A stretch of DNA of 64,000 bases from contig CAZYUH010000001.1 in NCBI GenBank assembly GCA_964650645.1, positions 347,032-411,031 of the forward strand. Reading direction: 5' to 3'. Source of the stretch: an uncultured Candidatus Saccharibacteria bacterium. Its GTDB lineage: Bacteria > Patescibacteriota > Minisyncoccia > Phycocordibacterales > SBAW01. The notes under the pieces are model-generated. The model was given only the letters and a program-made list of their open reading frames with translations, was not told where the DNA came from and searched no databases. How positions within the stretch are numbered: the stretch's first letter is position 1; every line of letters begins with the position of its first letter. The position numbers and the translations under genes were made by a program. Below, piece by piece: positions 10,883 to 19,946 of this stretch.

Positions 10883-12232
10883 ATGATTTCGATATTCCGC
10901 CCGAGGACGCTCGCCCTGTTCTTAGGCGACCTCTTTTTTTTCCATCTCGCGCTCTACCTGTCGCTGTACGCGCGCGCCCTCGAGCCGGTCCCGCGCGGGA
11001 CGTTCCTCGAGCACCTCTACCCGTTCTCCCTGCTTTTCGTCGCGTGGATACTCGTCTATTTCATCGCCGGGCTCTACGAATCGCGCTCCGTCATACTCGC
11101 GCGCCGCGCCCTCTCGGCGACCCTGCTCGTGGCGCAGACCGTCAATATGGGGCTTGCGGCGCTCTTCTTCTTTTTCGTGCCGCTGTTCGGCATCGCGCCC
11201 AAGACGCTTCTTGTCATCTACCTGGCGGTGTCGTTCCTGCTCGTCCTGTACTGGCGCGCGGTGCTGTTCCCGCTTATGGGGCTCCAGAAGACCGAGGATG
11301 CCGTGCTGGTGGGAACGGGTCAAGAGATAGGCGAGCTGGCCCGCGTCATGAACGGGGCGCACCGCGCGCCCGTGCGCATAAGCCGGGTGGTGCCCGCCGA
11401 GACCCCGGAGCTTTCGGGCGCCATAGTGGGGGCGATAGAGGGGACCGGAGCCCGCGTCATCGTGGCCGATTTTTCCGACGCCAGGGTGAGCGGGGCCTTC
11501 CCGCATATGTATAACCTCATCACGAGGGGGATACGTTTCGTTGACGCGCTTCCGGTGTACGAGGAGCTGTTCGGGCGCATTCCGCTTTCAGCGCTCAATG
11601 AGCAATGGCTGGCTCGCAATCTCAGCCGCTATTCGCAGACGTACTACGACGCGCTCAAGCGCCTGCTCGATATCATCGTCGCGGTCCCGGCGCTCTGCGT
11701 TTCCCTCGCTTTCTATCCGCTCATCATGCTCGCTATAAAGATAGAGGACGGCGGGCAGGCGCTCATTTCCATGCCGCGCGTAGGGAAGGGCGGCCGGGTG
11801 TTCAGCTTCTACAAGTTCCGCAGCATGACCGGCAACGACCACGGCAGGTACGGCGAGGAGGGCGCCTCAAAGCTCCGGGTGACCCGCGTGGGCCGCTTCA
11901 TCCGCGCCAGCCGGCTCGACGAACTGCCCCAGCTGTGGAACCTCCTGCGCGGCGACCTCTCGCTCATCGGGCCGCGCCCCGAACTGCCCGCGCTCGTGAA
12001 GCTGTACGAAGAGGAGATACCGTACTACGGCGTGCGCCACCTCATAAAGCCGGGCATTTCGGGCTGGGCCCAGCTTTACCACCACGCCGACCCGCACCAC
12101 AAAGCGGCCGTGGAGGACACGCGCGACAAGCTCTCCTACGACCTCTACTACCTCAAGCACCGCTCGCTCCTCCTTGACGTCGTGGTGGCGCTCAAGACCG
12201 TCCGCCGCCTGCTTCTGAAGGGTAACGCGTAG
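10883..12232 (+). CDS. polyprenyl glycosylphosphotransferase (bacterial sugar transferase, WbaP/CpsE-like)
   Basis: 449 aa with N-terminal TM helices. The C-terminal domain (...FYKFRSM...RLDELPQLWNLLRGDLSLIGPRPE...) is typical of the initiating undecaprenyl-phosphate sugar-phosphate transferase. Confidence 0.9.
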   Translation: MISIFRPRTLALFLGDLFFFHLALYLSLYARALEPVPRGTFLEHLYPFSLLFVAWILVYFIAGLYESRSVILARRALSATLLVAQTVNMGLAALFFFFVPLFGIAPKTLLVIYLAVSFLLVLYWRAVLFPLMGLQKTEDAVLVGTGQEIGELARVMNGAHRAPVRISRVVPAETPELSGAIVGAIEGTGARVIVADFSDARVSGAFPHMYNLITRGIRFVDALPVYEELFGRIPLSALNEQWLARNLSRYSQTYYDALKRLLDIIVAVPALCVSLAFYPLIMLAIKIEDGGQALISMPRVGKGGRVFSFYKFRSMTGNDHGRYGEEGASKLRVTRVGRFIRASRLDELPQLWNLLRGDLSLIGPRPELPALVKLYEEEIPYYGVRHLIKPGISGWAQLYHHADPHHKAAVEDTRDKLSYDLYYLKHRSLLLDVVVALKTVRRLLLKGNA

Positions 12233-12305
12233 CGCCGCGCGTGTACTTGCTTTTATAAAACTTTGTGGTATTTTGCTTATCAGTTGAACCTGGAAAGGAA
12301 TACTT

Positions 12306-13244
12306 ATGAAGAAGAAGGTCCTGGTAACGGGCGGGTGTGGCTTTATCGGCCACAACCTTGTCCTTGCGCTCGCTCCAGAGCACGATGTCATTGTTGTTGA
12401 TGACCTCTCCGGCGGCGACCTGCGCCCGAGGGTGGAGGGGGTAGACTATCGCCACTTCGATATCTCCCTATCGCAGAACGCGGGAGACCTCGCGCGGGCG
12501 TGCGAGGGCGTCTCGTGCGTCTTCCACTTGGCGGCCCTGCCGCGGGTGCAGGATTCGTACGAGCGGCCCTTTGAAACCGCGATGGTTAATATCATGGGGA
12601 CGATTGCTGTGCTTGCCGCGGCGTCCAAAGCCGGGGTCGGAAGGCTCGTGTTCGCGAGCTCGAGCGCGGTGTACGGGGAAATATGCGCCCACGATGGCAC
12701 GGCCTTCCCGCTGTGCGAAAGCCTGGAGTCCAACCCGCTGAGTCCGTATGCGAGGCACAAGCTCGCGGGCGAGCAGTTCTGCGAGGATTTCGGGCGCGAG
12801 CCGTTCAATCTCCAAACGGTGTGCCTGCGGTTCTTCAACGTGTACGGTCCGCATGCGGACCCGAACGGCGCGTACGCGCTTGTTGTGGCGAAGTTTCTCG
12901 AGCAGAAGCGCCGCGGCGAGCCCCTTACTATAACGGGGGACGGCGAGCAGACGCGGGATTTCGTCCATGTGGACGATGTCGTGCGAGCCCTGCTCATGGC
13001 CGCGTGCGACAAGAAGGAGTGGTGGGGAGAGGTGCTCAATATCGGCAGCGGGGAAAGCGCCTCGGTCAACCGCATAGCCGAGCTGGTGGGCGGCCCGACC
13101 GCGAAGGAAGAAGCGCGGCAGGAGCCGCGCCATTCCCTCGCGTCCGTCTGGGAAGCCAAACGGACTCTCGGGTGGGAGCCTCGCATCCCGCTTGAAGAGG
13201 GGATACGGCGGCTTCTTGAAAGCAACTGCGCCTCATGGCGCTAA
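12306..13244 (+). CDS. NAD-dependent epimerase/dehydratase (UDP-sugar 4-epimerase-like)
   Basis: 312 aa with VLVTGGCGFIGHNL Rossmann motif and a YxxxK-type SDR core (YARHK). Confidence 0.85.
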   Translation: MKKKVLVTGGCGFIGHNLVLALAPEHDVIVVDDLSGGDLRPRVEGVDYRHFDISLSQNAGDLARACEGVSCVFHLAALPRVQDSYERPFETAMVNIMGTIAVLAAASKAGVGRLVFASSSAVYGEICAHDGTAFPLCESLESNPLSPYARHKLAGEQFCEDFGREPFNLQTVCLRFFNVYGPHADPNGAYALVVAKFLEQKRRGEPLTITGDGEQTRDFVHVDDVVRALLMAACDKKEWWGEVLNIGSGESASVNRIAELVGGPTAKEEARQEPRHSLASVWEAKRTLGWEPRIPLEEGIRRLLESNCASWR

Positions 13245-13247
13245 TAA

Positions 13248-13280
13248 CGCGCGCCGCTTTAGAGCGGCGCGCTTTTTCTT
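13248..13280 (+). terminator. rho-independent terminator
   Basis: CGCGCGCCGCTT-TAG-AGCGGCGCGCG followed by CTTTTTCTT. Confidence 0.7.
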
Positions 13281-13299
13281 ATTTTGGTACTATGGCGCA

Positions 13300-14019
13300 A
13301 TGATGGTAGACGGCAGGGCGATTGCGGAGGATATCTTAAACGGGCTGGGCGAGTCCCTGCGCGGCCGCGCGCTTGGCATCGTGGCAAACGCGGGCGACCC
13401 GGCGACCGAGAGCTACGTGCGCATAAAAGAGCGCGTTGCCGCGCGTCTCGGCGTGGAAGTAAAAAAAGGGGAGCTCGCCGGCCTGCTTGCCGCGTGCGAC
13501 GGCGTGCTGGTCCAGTTGCCGCACCCGCAGGCGAGCGAGCTTCTGATGCAGATTCCTCCCGAGAAGGATGTTGATGCGCTTGGTTCTGCCCCTAAAGTCG
13601 CCGCGCCCGTCGCGGGCGCGGTCAGGGAAATCCTGCTGCGCTCGGGCGTCGAGGCGCACGGCGCGAAAGCCGTCGTGGTGGGTGGCGGCGCGCTGGTGGG
13701 GAGGCCGGTTTCGCGCATGCTGTGCGGCATGGGCGCCGAGGTTTCAGTCGTGACGCTCGAGCAGGGCTCGCTTTCACAGCTCAAGGATGCCGACATTGTG
13801 GTGTCGGGCGCGGGCAGTCCGCATTTGATAAAGCCCGGTATGCTCAAGCCGGGCGCGGTGCTCATAGACGCAGGGGCATCGGAAAGCAACGGCGCGCTCG
13901 CGGGGGACGCCGACCCTGCGTGCGCCGAGGTTGCCTCGGTCTTCACTCCCGTCCCGGGCGGCGTCGGCCCCGTCGCCGTCGCGATGCTCTTCAAGAATCT
14001 TTTTACGCTAATTAAATAG
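13300..14019 (+). CDS. folD: bifunctional methylenetetrahydrofolate dehydrogenase/cyclohydrolase
   Basis: MMVDGRAIAEDI...YVRIKER..., NADP-binding VVGGGALVGRPV, C-terminal PVPGGVGPVAVAMLF. Start placed after the upstream terminator. Confidence 0.85.
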   Translation: MMVDGRAIAEDILNGLGESLRGRALGIVANAGDPATESYVRIKERVAARLGVEVKKGELAGLLAACDGVLVQLPHPQASELLMQIPPEKDVDALGSAPKVAAPVAGAVREILLRSGVEAHGAKAVVVGGGALVGRPVSRMLCGMGAEVSVVTLEQGSLSQLKDADIVVSGAGSPHLIKPGMLKPGAVLIDAGASESNGALAGDADPACAEVASVFTPVPGGVGPVAVAMLFKNLFTLIK

Positions 14020-14069
14020 CTCCTAGTCAACCCCTACAAAAGCGCCAGTATATAGGCTATGCTACCCAC

Positions 14070-15398
14070 ATGTTCGCCCTACGGTACTGGTCGGTTGTCA
14101 TCCTCATAGCCGCGGCCGCGGCGGGGGTGTTCGTGTGGCAGACCACGGGCACGAAGGGGCGCTTCGACTTCAAGCTCGGGCTCGACCTCTCGGGCGGCAC
14201 GCGCCTCGTGTACAGCGCCGACACCTCGAAGCTCGACGCGGCCGACCTGCCGGACTCGCTTGCGTCCCTGCGCGAGGTCGTCGAGCGACGCGTCAACGCA
14301 TTCGGCGTCGGAGAACCCTTGGTGCAGACGGAGCAGGGCGGGGCGCTGGGCGGCGGCGCCCACCGCCTGGTGGTCGAGCTTCCCGGCATCACCAATGTAG
14401 AGGAGGCGATAAAGCTCATCGGAGAGACGCCTGTCCTCGAGTTCAAGCTCGTTAAAGAAGGCGTCGACCCGGCCGTGTACGCCGTCGCGTCGTCCACCGA
14501 CGCATCGGTGTTCGAGGACACGGGCCTCACGGGCACGTATCTCTCCAAAGCATCGCTTCAGTTCGGCAACGGGCAGGGCGCCTTGGCGACCGCGCCGGTC
14601 ATCCGCGTCGACTTCAATCCCGAGGGCTCCAGGCTCTTTGGCACGATAACGACCGCCAACACGGGCCGCCTGCTCGCCATATTCCTCGACGGCAAGCTCC
14701 TTTCGGCCCCGGTCATCCAGACGTCCATTACCGACGGGACCGCCATTATAAGCGGCGGGAATTTCACCGCCGAGACCGCGCGGGAGATGGTGCGCAACCT
14801 CAACCTGGGCGCGCTCCCCGTACCCATCCAGCTCGCCTCGACCGAGACCATCGGCGCGACGCTCGGCGACGAGGCGCTCCATGCGGGCCTCGCGGCCGGC
14901 ATCGCGGGCTTCGTGCTCCTTTCGCTGTTCATAGTCCTCTGGTACCGCCTGCCGGGCCTGGTGTCGGTAGTGGCGCTCCTTATATACGTCGTTATCATGC
15001 TCGTGCTCTTCAAGCTCGTGCCGGTCGTGCTTACCGCGGCGGGCATCGCGGGCTTCATCCTGTCGGTTGGCCTCGCCGTCGACGCGAACATCCTCATCTC
15101 CGAGCGCATCAAAGAGGAGCTTGACGAGGGCAAGAGCGCCGAGTCGGCCATCCGCGAGGGCTTCTCGCGCGCATGGCTCGCCATCCGCGACTCCAACATC
15201 GCGCACATCATTGCCGGCGTCATCCTCTTCTGGTTCGGCACGTCGCTCATCAAGGGCTTCGCGCTGGTCTTCAGCCTGGGCGTCGTCGTCTCGATGCTGA
15301 GCGCCATCACCATCTCGCGCACGTTCCTGCTGGCGCTCGGGCTCGACGCGCGCAAGCCGGCAAGCCGCTTCCTCATGCGCTCCGGATTCAGGAAGTAA
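14070..15398 (+). CDS. secD: protein translocase subunit SecD
   Basis: 442 aa with an N-terminal TM helix, a periplasmic domain and a C-terminal 6-TM bundle (IAGFVLLSLFIVLWYRLPGLVSVVALL...). Confidence 0.9.
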   Translation: MFALRYWSVVILIAAAAAGVFVWQTTGTKGRFDFKLGLDLSGGTRLVYSADTSKLDAADLPDSLASLREVVERRVNAFGVGEPLVQTEQGGALGGGAHRLVVELPGITNVEEAIKLIGETPVLEFKLVKEGVDPAVYAVASSTDASVFEDTGLTGTYLSKASLQFGNGQGALATAPVIRVDFNPEGSRLFGTITTANTGRLLAIFLDGKLLSAPVIQTSITDGTAIISGGNFTAETAREMVRNLNLGALPVPIQLASTETIGATLGDEALHAGLAAGIAGFVLLSLFIVLWYRLPGLVSVVALLIYVVIMLVLFKLVPVVLTAAGIAGFILSVGLAVDANILISERIKEELDEGKSAESAIREGFSRAWLAIRDSNIAHIIAGVILFWFGTSLIKGFALVFSLGVVVSMLSAITISRTFLLALGLDARKPASRFLMRSGFRK

Positions 15399-15414
15399 TG
15401 CCGTTGCATAGACT

Positions 15415-16356
15415 ATGAACATCGCAAAGAACCTCAAATACTTCTTCATACTCCCGGCCGCGCTTACCGTCCTTTCGCTCGCGGCGGTCTTCATGTGGGG
15501 CCTCAAGCCGGGCATCGACCTCGTCGGCGGCTCGCTTTTGCAGGTGTCGTATCCGGACGGCCGCCCGCCCGTCGAGCTGGTGCGCGACGCGGTCTCCAAC
15601 GAAACGCTGGGCCTCGGCGAGGTGCATGTCCAGCCCTCGGGCGAGACGGGCTATATATTGCGCCAGCGCGATTTGTCGCCCGATGAGAAGGCGTCGCTTG
15701 AGCGGTCCCTGCGCGCGCTTGGCCCCTCCGCGGACGGCGCCGCCGCGGGCCGCATGGAGGAGGTGCAGTTCACGTCAATCGGGCCCAGCCTGGGCGCCGA
15801 GCTCCTGCGCAAGGCCTGGATAGCCATCGCGCTCGTCGTGCTGTGCATCATCGCCTTCATCGCCTTCGCGTTCCGCGGGGTTTCCAAGCCCGTCGCGTCG
15901 TGGAAGTACGGCGTGGTCGCCGTCATAACGCTCCTGCACGACATCATCATCCCGGTCGGCCTCTTCGCGCTTTTGGGCCAGACCCACGGCGCAGAAGTCG
16001 ACGCGCTGTTCATTGTGGCGCTCCTGACCATTCTCGGCATTTCCATAAACGACACCATCGTCGTCTTCGACCGCATCCGCGAGAACCTGCGCCATAACGG
16101 CGACAAGGGGAGGCACGAGCCCTTCGAGCGCGTAGTGGGCCAGTCCATACGGCAGACCATGAGCCGCTCGATAAACACCTCGCTCACCGTCGTTATCGTG
16201 CTCGCGGCGCTTTACCTTGCGGGCCCCGCCGCCACGAAGGATTTCGCGCTTACCCTGCTGGTGGGCATGGTGGCCGGCACCTACTCGTCCATATTCCTCG
16301 CATCTCCCATGCTCGTCGCGTGGCAGAAGTGGCAGGACAGGAAGATAGCGGGATGA
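15415..16356 (+). CDS. secF: protein translocase subunit SecF
   Basis: 313 aa directly downstream of secD, with IDLVGGSLL and a C-terminal TM bundle (VIVLAALYLAGP...). Confidence 0.9.
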   Translation: MNIAKNLKYFFILPAALTVLSLAAVFMWGLKPGIDLVGGSLLQVSYPDGRPPVELVRDAVSNETLGLGEVHVQPSGETGYILRQRDLSPDEKASLERSLRALGPSADGAAAGRMEEVQFTSIGPSLGAELLRKAWIAIALVVLCIIAFIAFAFRGVSKPVASWKYGVVAVITLLHDIIIPVGLFALLGQTHGAEVDALFIVALLTILGISINDTIVVFDRIRENLRHNGDKGRHEPFERVVGQSIRQTMSRSINTSLTVVIVLAALYLAGPAATKDFALTLLVGMVAGTYSSIFLASPMLVAWQKWQDRKIAG

Positions 16357-16904
16357 TACTCGGCATTACCGGCACCAACGGCGCAGGCAAGGGGACGGTT
16401 GTCGATTATCTCGTAAGGCAGAAGGGGTTCAGGCACTATTCCGTGCGCGATTTCCTGAACCGGGAGATTGCGCGGCGCGGGCTCGAGCCTACGCGCGGCA
16501 CGATGCTCGTGGTGGGCAACGCCCTGCGCGCCGAGCGCGGGCCCGGCTACATCTGCGAGCAGTTGCTGGAGGAAGCGCTTGCGCGCGGGGGGAACGCGGT
16601 CATAGAGTCGGTGCGCGCCATAGGCGAGGCGAAGCACCTCATGGCGCACGGGGCGCTCCTGTGGGCGGTCGACGCCTCTTTGCCGGTGCGCTACGAGCGC
16701 ATCCTTAGGCGCATGTCCGAGACCGACCGCATCTCCTACGAGAAGTTCGTATCCGACGAGGAGGCCGAGATAGACAACAGCGAGGAGCACAAGCCCAACC
16801 TGCGCGCGCTCATCGCGATGGCCAGCGAGGTGCTTATGAACGACGGCGCGCAGGACGAGCTGTATCAACAGGTGGAAGCGGCGCTCAGGAAGGCGGGCGT
16901 ATAG
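16353..16904 (+). CDS. P-loop nucleotide kinase-like protein (dephospho-CoA kinase / NMP kinase fold)
   Basis: Its ATG overlaps the secF stop (ATGA). Walker A GITGTNGAGKGT. Exact function not resolved. Confidence 0.6.
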   Translation: MILGITGTNGAGKGTVVDYLVRQKGFRHYSVRDFLNREIARRGLEPTRGTMLVVGNALRAERGPGYICEQLLEEALARGGNAVIESVRAIGEAKHLMAHGALLWAVDASLPVRYERILRRMSETDRISYEKFVSDEEAEIDNSEEHKPNLRALIAMASEVLMNDGAQDELYQQVEAALRKAGV

Positions 16905-17030
16905 TTAAGGAGGACAGCCTGCGGTTTGGGAGGTCGTGAGAGGGAAAGCGGTCGCCTTCCTGTAAAATGCGGCCTGTTCGCCACCTTGGGCGGGCCATAC
17001 AAAAAACAACCCGCGGGTACGCTTTATCTC

Positions 17031-17057
17031 GGCGCCTCTCTGAAGAGGCGCTTTTTG
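17031..17057 (+). terminator. rho-independent terminator
   Basis: GGCGCCTCT-CTGA-AGAGGCGC followed by TTTTT. Confidence 0.7.
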
Positions 17058-17163
17058 CTTGAGCGGGCCTGGGGACAACTATGGGGAAAAAGGGTGGAAA
17101 AGAGGTGGAAAAACAGGGGATAGGAACGGGTGCAAAGCCCTATGCGTACCACCCGTTTTGGGC

Positions 17164-17191
17164 TTGACGGGGGCTTTCTGGCGAGTATAAT
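17164..17191 (+). promoter_or_regulatory. 16S rRNA promoter (sigma70-like)
   Basis: TTGACG, 16-nt spacer, TATAAT. GA-rich repeats GTGGAAAA x2 lie upstream at about 17085-17115 and may act as an UP-like element. Confidence 0.55.
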
Positions 17192-17237
17192 GGACACATG
17201 ACTGCTTAAGGGGCATCTCAAAAGGGTTTTGAGACCG

Positions 17238-17262
17238 CCTCTTTCGGGCGGTTTGTTTTTTG
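17238..17262 (+). terminator. terminator-like hairpin plus U-run inside the 16S leader
   Basis: ACCGCC-TCTTTC-GGGCGGT followed by TTGTTTTTT, about 50 nt downstream of the -10. See findings. Confidence 0.4.
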
Positions 17263-17413
17263 ACATAACCGATAAAAGCCCAGCCGGTCTCGAATTCCGG
17301 CTGGGCAGTTCATAGATCACACCGATCTAAATACTTGGATAGATGTTACAAGCGTCTGTCCAAGGCAAGTGAAGCAGGAGACTATCGCTCAGTCCGCGCA
17401 GCGCGGGTTGGGA

Positions 17414-17434
17414 CGCTTTTCTCTTGTTCCGTTC
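17414..17434 (+). other. 16S rRNA processing stem, 5' half (pairs with 19125..19145)
   Basis: CGCTTTTCTCTTGTTCCGTTC is complementary to GGACGGAACAAGAGAAGAGCG (21 bp, two G-U pairs). Confidence 0.6.
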
Positions 17435-17476
17435 AACGAGTCTAGGGAGCGGGATTAAAACCCCGTTCTTATAATC

Positions 17477-18932
17477 AGAGTTTGATCCTAGCTCAGGATG
17501 AATGCTAGCGGCGTGGATAAGGCATGCAAGTCGAGTGGGTTTAGACCCACGGCAAACGAGGTAGTAATACGCAGGTACTCACCGAAAAGTCGGGGATATT
17601 CCATCGAAAGATGGCGCAATACCCGATAGTCCCTCCGGGGTAAAGGAGCAATCCGCTTTTTGAGAGGCCTGCGGCGCATCAGGTAGTTGGTAGGGTAATG
17701 GCCTACCAAGCCGACGACGCGTAGGGGAGCTGAGAGGCTGACCCCCACCGATGGAACTGAGACACGGTCCATACACCTACGGGTGGCTGCAGTCGAGAAT
17801 ATTTGGCAATGGGCGCAAGCCTGACCATGCGACGCCGCGTGGTTGATGAAGTCCTTCGGGACGTAAAGACCTTTTATGAGGGAGGAAGTAATTGACGTTA
17901 CCTCATGAATAAGGGGCTCCTAACTCTGTGCCAGCAGGAGCGGTAATACAGAGGCCCCGAGCATTATCCGGAATCACTGGGCGTAAAGGGTGTGTAGGCG
18001 GCTTAGTTAGTCCTTCGTGAAAGCTCTCGGACTCAATCCGGGAAACGCGGTGGAAACGGCTAGGCTTAGAGGACGCGAGAGGTAGAGGGAACTCATGGTG
18101 TAGGGGTGAAATCCGTTGATATCATGGGGAACACCAAATGCGAAGGCACTCTACTGGCGCGCTCCTGACGCTGAGACACGAAAGCGTGGGAATCGAATGG
18201 GATTAGATACCCCAGTAGTCCACGCCCTAAACGATCACAACTGGCTATAAGGAGTATCGACCCTCTTTGTGGCGAAGCTAACGCGTTAAGTTGTGCGCCT
18301 GGGTAGTACGATCGCAAGATTAAAACTCAAAGGAATAGACGGGGACTTGCACAAGCGGTGGATCATGCGGCTCAATTCGATGATAAACGAAAAACCTCAC
18401 CAGGGTTTGAAACCCAACTGACCGCCTTAGGAAACTTTGGCTTTCGCAAGACAGTTGGGCAGGTGATGCATGGTCGTCGTCAGTTCGTGGCTTGAGTTGT
18501 TCCCTTCAGTGGGGTAACGAACGCAACCCGCGTTGCCTGTTTTACAAGTCAGGCGAGACTGCCCCCTCACGGGGGAGGAAGGTGCGGATGACGCCAGATC
18601 AGCATGTCCCTCTGATATCCTGGGCTGCACGCATGATACAATGGTCATAACAACGGGTCGCGACGGGGTAACCCTGAGCTAATCCTTATAAATATGGCCC
18701 CAGTTCGGATTGAGGTCTGCAACTCGACCTCATGAAGCCGGAATCGCTAGTAATCGCGGGTCAGCCATACCGCGGTGAATACGTTCTCAAGTCTTGTACT
18801 CACCGCCCGTCAACTCAAGGGAGCCGGGAGTGCCTGAAGTGCGCCGCAAGGCGTATCACGGCAAGTTCGGTGACAGGGAGTAAGTCGTAACAAGGCACGG
18901 CTAGCGGAAGCTGGTCGTGGAACAATTCAAAT
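17477..18932 (+). rRNA. rrs: 16S ribosomal RNA (3' end uncertain)
   Basis: AGAGTTTGATCCTAGCTCAGGATGAACGCTAGCGGCGTG... through ...GTCGTAACAAGG and helix 45 with a GGAA loop at 18906-18909. Universal regions are divergent (GTGCCAGCAGGAGCGGTAAT, GGATTAGATACCCCAGTAGTCC). No CCTCC tail was found. Confidence 0.9.
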
Positions 18933-19124
18933 GAAATGCGTTTGTGTATCTCGTACGAGTACGCAAGCTGAATTGGCGATCTTTAGCCGCAAGGCTAATG
19001 GAGTGATGATGCTAACTCTAAATCGCATCCGGTGCGCTCTCGCGTAGCAATGCGCGTAGACCGATAGAGCACTCGATACCGACCCCAAGTACGCCGTGGA
19101 GTACACGGCAGGAACAGGAGGTAC

Positions 19125-19145
19125 GGACGGAACAAGAGAAGAGCG
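19125..19145 (+). other. 16S rRNA processing stem, 3' half
   Basis: Complement of 17414..17434. Confidence 0.6.
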
Positions 19146-19457
19146 CTTCTCTCATCCTTGCGAGTTCGGTGTGTTTCTTAATTCGATTTCAAAAAGCACG
19201 GCTTTTTGACGGCAGGAATTCCCCAAGGCTCATACCCGCGGGGCTTTTTGCGTTGCATAAAACGCCGCCCGTGGTAGGGTGGGGACAGAAGGAGGTTGGC
19301 ATAAAGCTGTCCAGAAGCAGCCGTACAGACTAGGACCCACCTTGCCAGCATAGGAGCGCGCAGATGCGCAGACGCGTCATCGAACCCTTGTTCCGCGAGC
19401 CCCCATTCTTTCCTACGTAAGGAGCCTGTCCCTTTCAGAGCCTTTCCATTTGCGCGA

Positions 19458-19484
19458 AGCCCCGGCCCGTTGGCCGGGGCTTTT
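19458..19484 (+). terminator. rho-independent terminator ending the 16S transcription unit
   Basis: GCCCCGGCC-CGTT-GGCCGGGGC followed by TTTT. Confidence 0.7.
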
Positions 19485-19562
19485 CCGCTGTCCACTGTTG
19501 CGCCGTGCCGGCGCGGGTGGTACAACTTCACACTAGTTACTGGTCTTTCGGAGGGCGGTTGA

Positions 19563-19817
19563 ATGGCTGAAGCGTCTGCGCTGGATGTCGAATTCGAGTC
19601 GGAGGGAGTGGTTACTTCCTATATCTCCAATACGGATCTGGAGTACGCGTTCGTGACTTCCACGGATGGGACCGTCGAGGGCCCCATTTACGTCGACCGT
19701 AAGTGCATGAAGAAATCGAAGATAGCCTCGCTCAAGCCCGGCATGCGCGTCCGTTGCCGCGGGACGCACAGGGAGAAGGGCCCCAAAGCGAGGAGGGTAG
19801 AGATCCTTGCGCAATGA
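19563..19817 (+). CDS. hypothetical small protein (84 aa)
   Basis: GGAGGG SD 6 nt upstream. A strong terminator follows immediately. Confidence 0.55.
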   Translation: MAEASALDVEFESEGVVTSYISNTDLEYAFVTSTDGTVEGPIYVDRKCMKKSKIASLKPGMRVRCRGTHREKGPKARRVEILAQ

Positions 19818-19824
19818 AGGCGGG

Positions 19825-19857
19825 AGCCGGCGCGTATAGCGCCGGCTTTTCTTTTTT
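19825..19857 (+). terminator. rho-independent terminator
   Basis: AGCCGGCGC-GTATA-GCGCCGGCT followed by TTTCTTTTTT. Confidence 0.75.
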
Positions 19858-19873
19858 GATATAGTGCCCTCAC

Positions 19874-19946
19874 GCGCGCTTAGCTCAGTTGGTAGAGCAT
19901 TCGACTGATACTCGAAAGGTCCTAGGTTCGATCCCTAGAGCGCGCA
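19874..19946 (+). tRNA. tRNA-Ile (anticodon GAU)
   Basis: Acceptor GCGCGCT/AGCGCGC, D-arm GCTCAGTTGGTAGAGC, anticodon stem TTCGA/TCGAA with loop CTGATAC, T-arm GGTTCGATCC. CCA is not encoded. Confidence 0.85.

Noticed and set aside
17488-18648. ORFs inside the 16S rRNA (17488..17772 minus, 18093..18317 minus, 18427..18648 minus).
   Set aside because: Spurious translations of rRNA sequence.
19300-19335. Possible SRP (4.5S) RNA: the motif GAAGCAGCC downstream of the 16S.
   Set aside because: The adjacent sequence (GUCCAGAAGCAGCCG) lacks the GGAA tetraloop/asymmetric-loop context of SRP helix 8 (GUCCGGAAGGAAGCAGCC), and no closing long helix was found. Left as an open check in findings.
19370-19400. 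tRNA-like T-loop (GGTTCGATG) on the minus strand.
   Set aside because: No acceptor or anticodon stems could be built around it.
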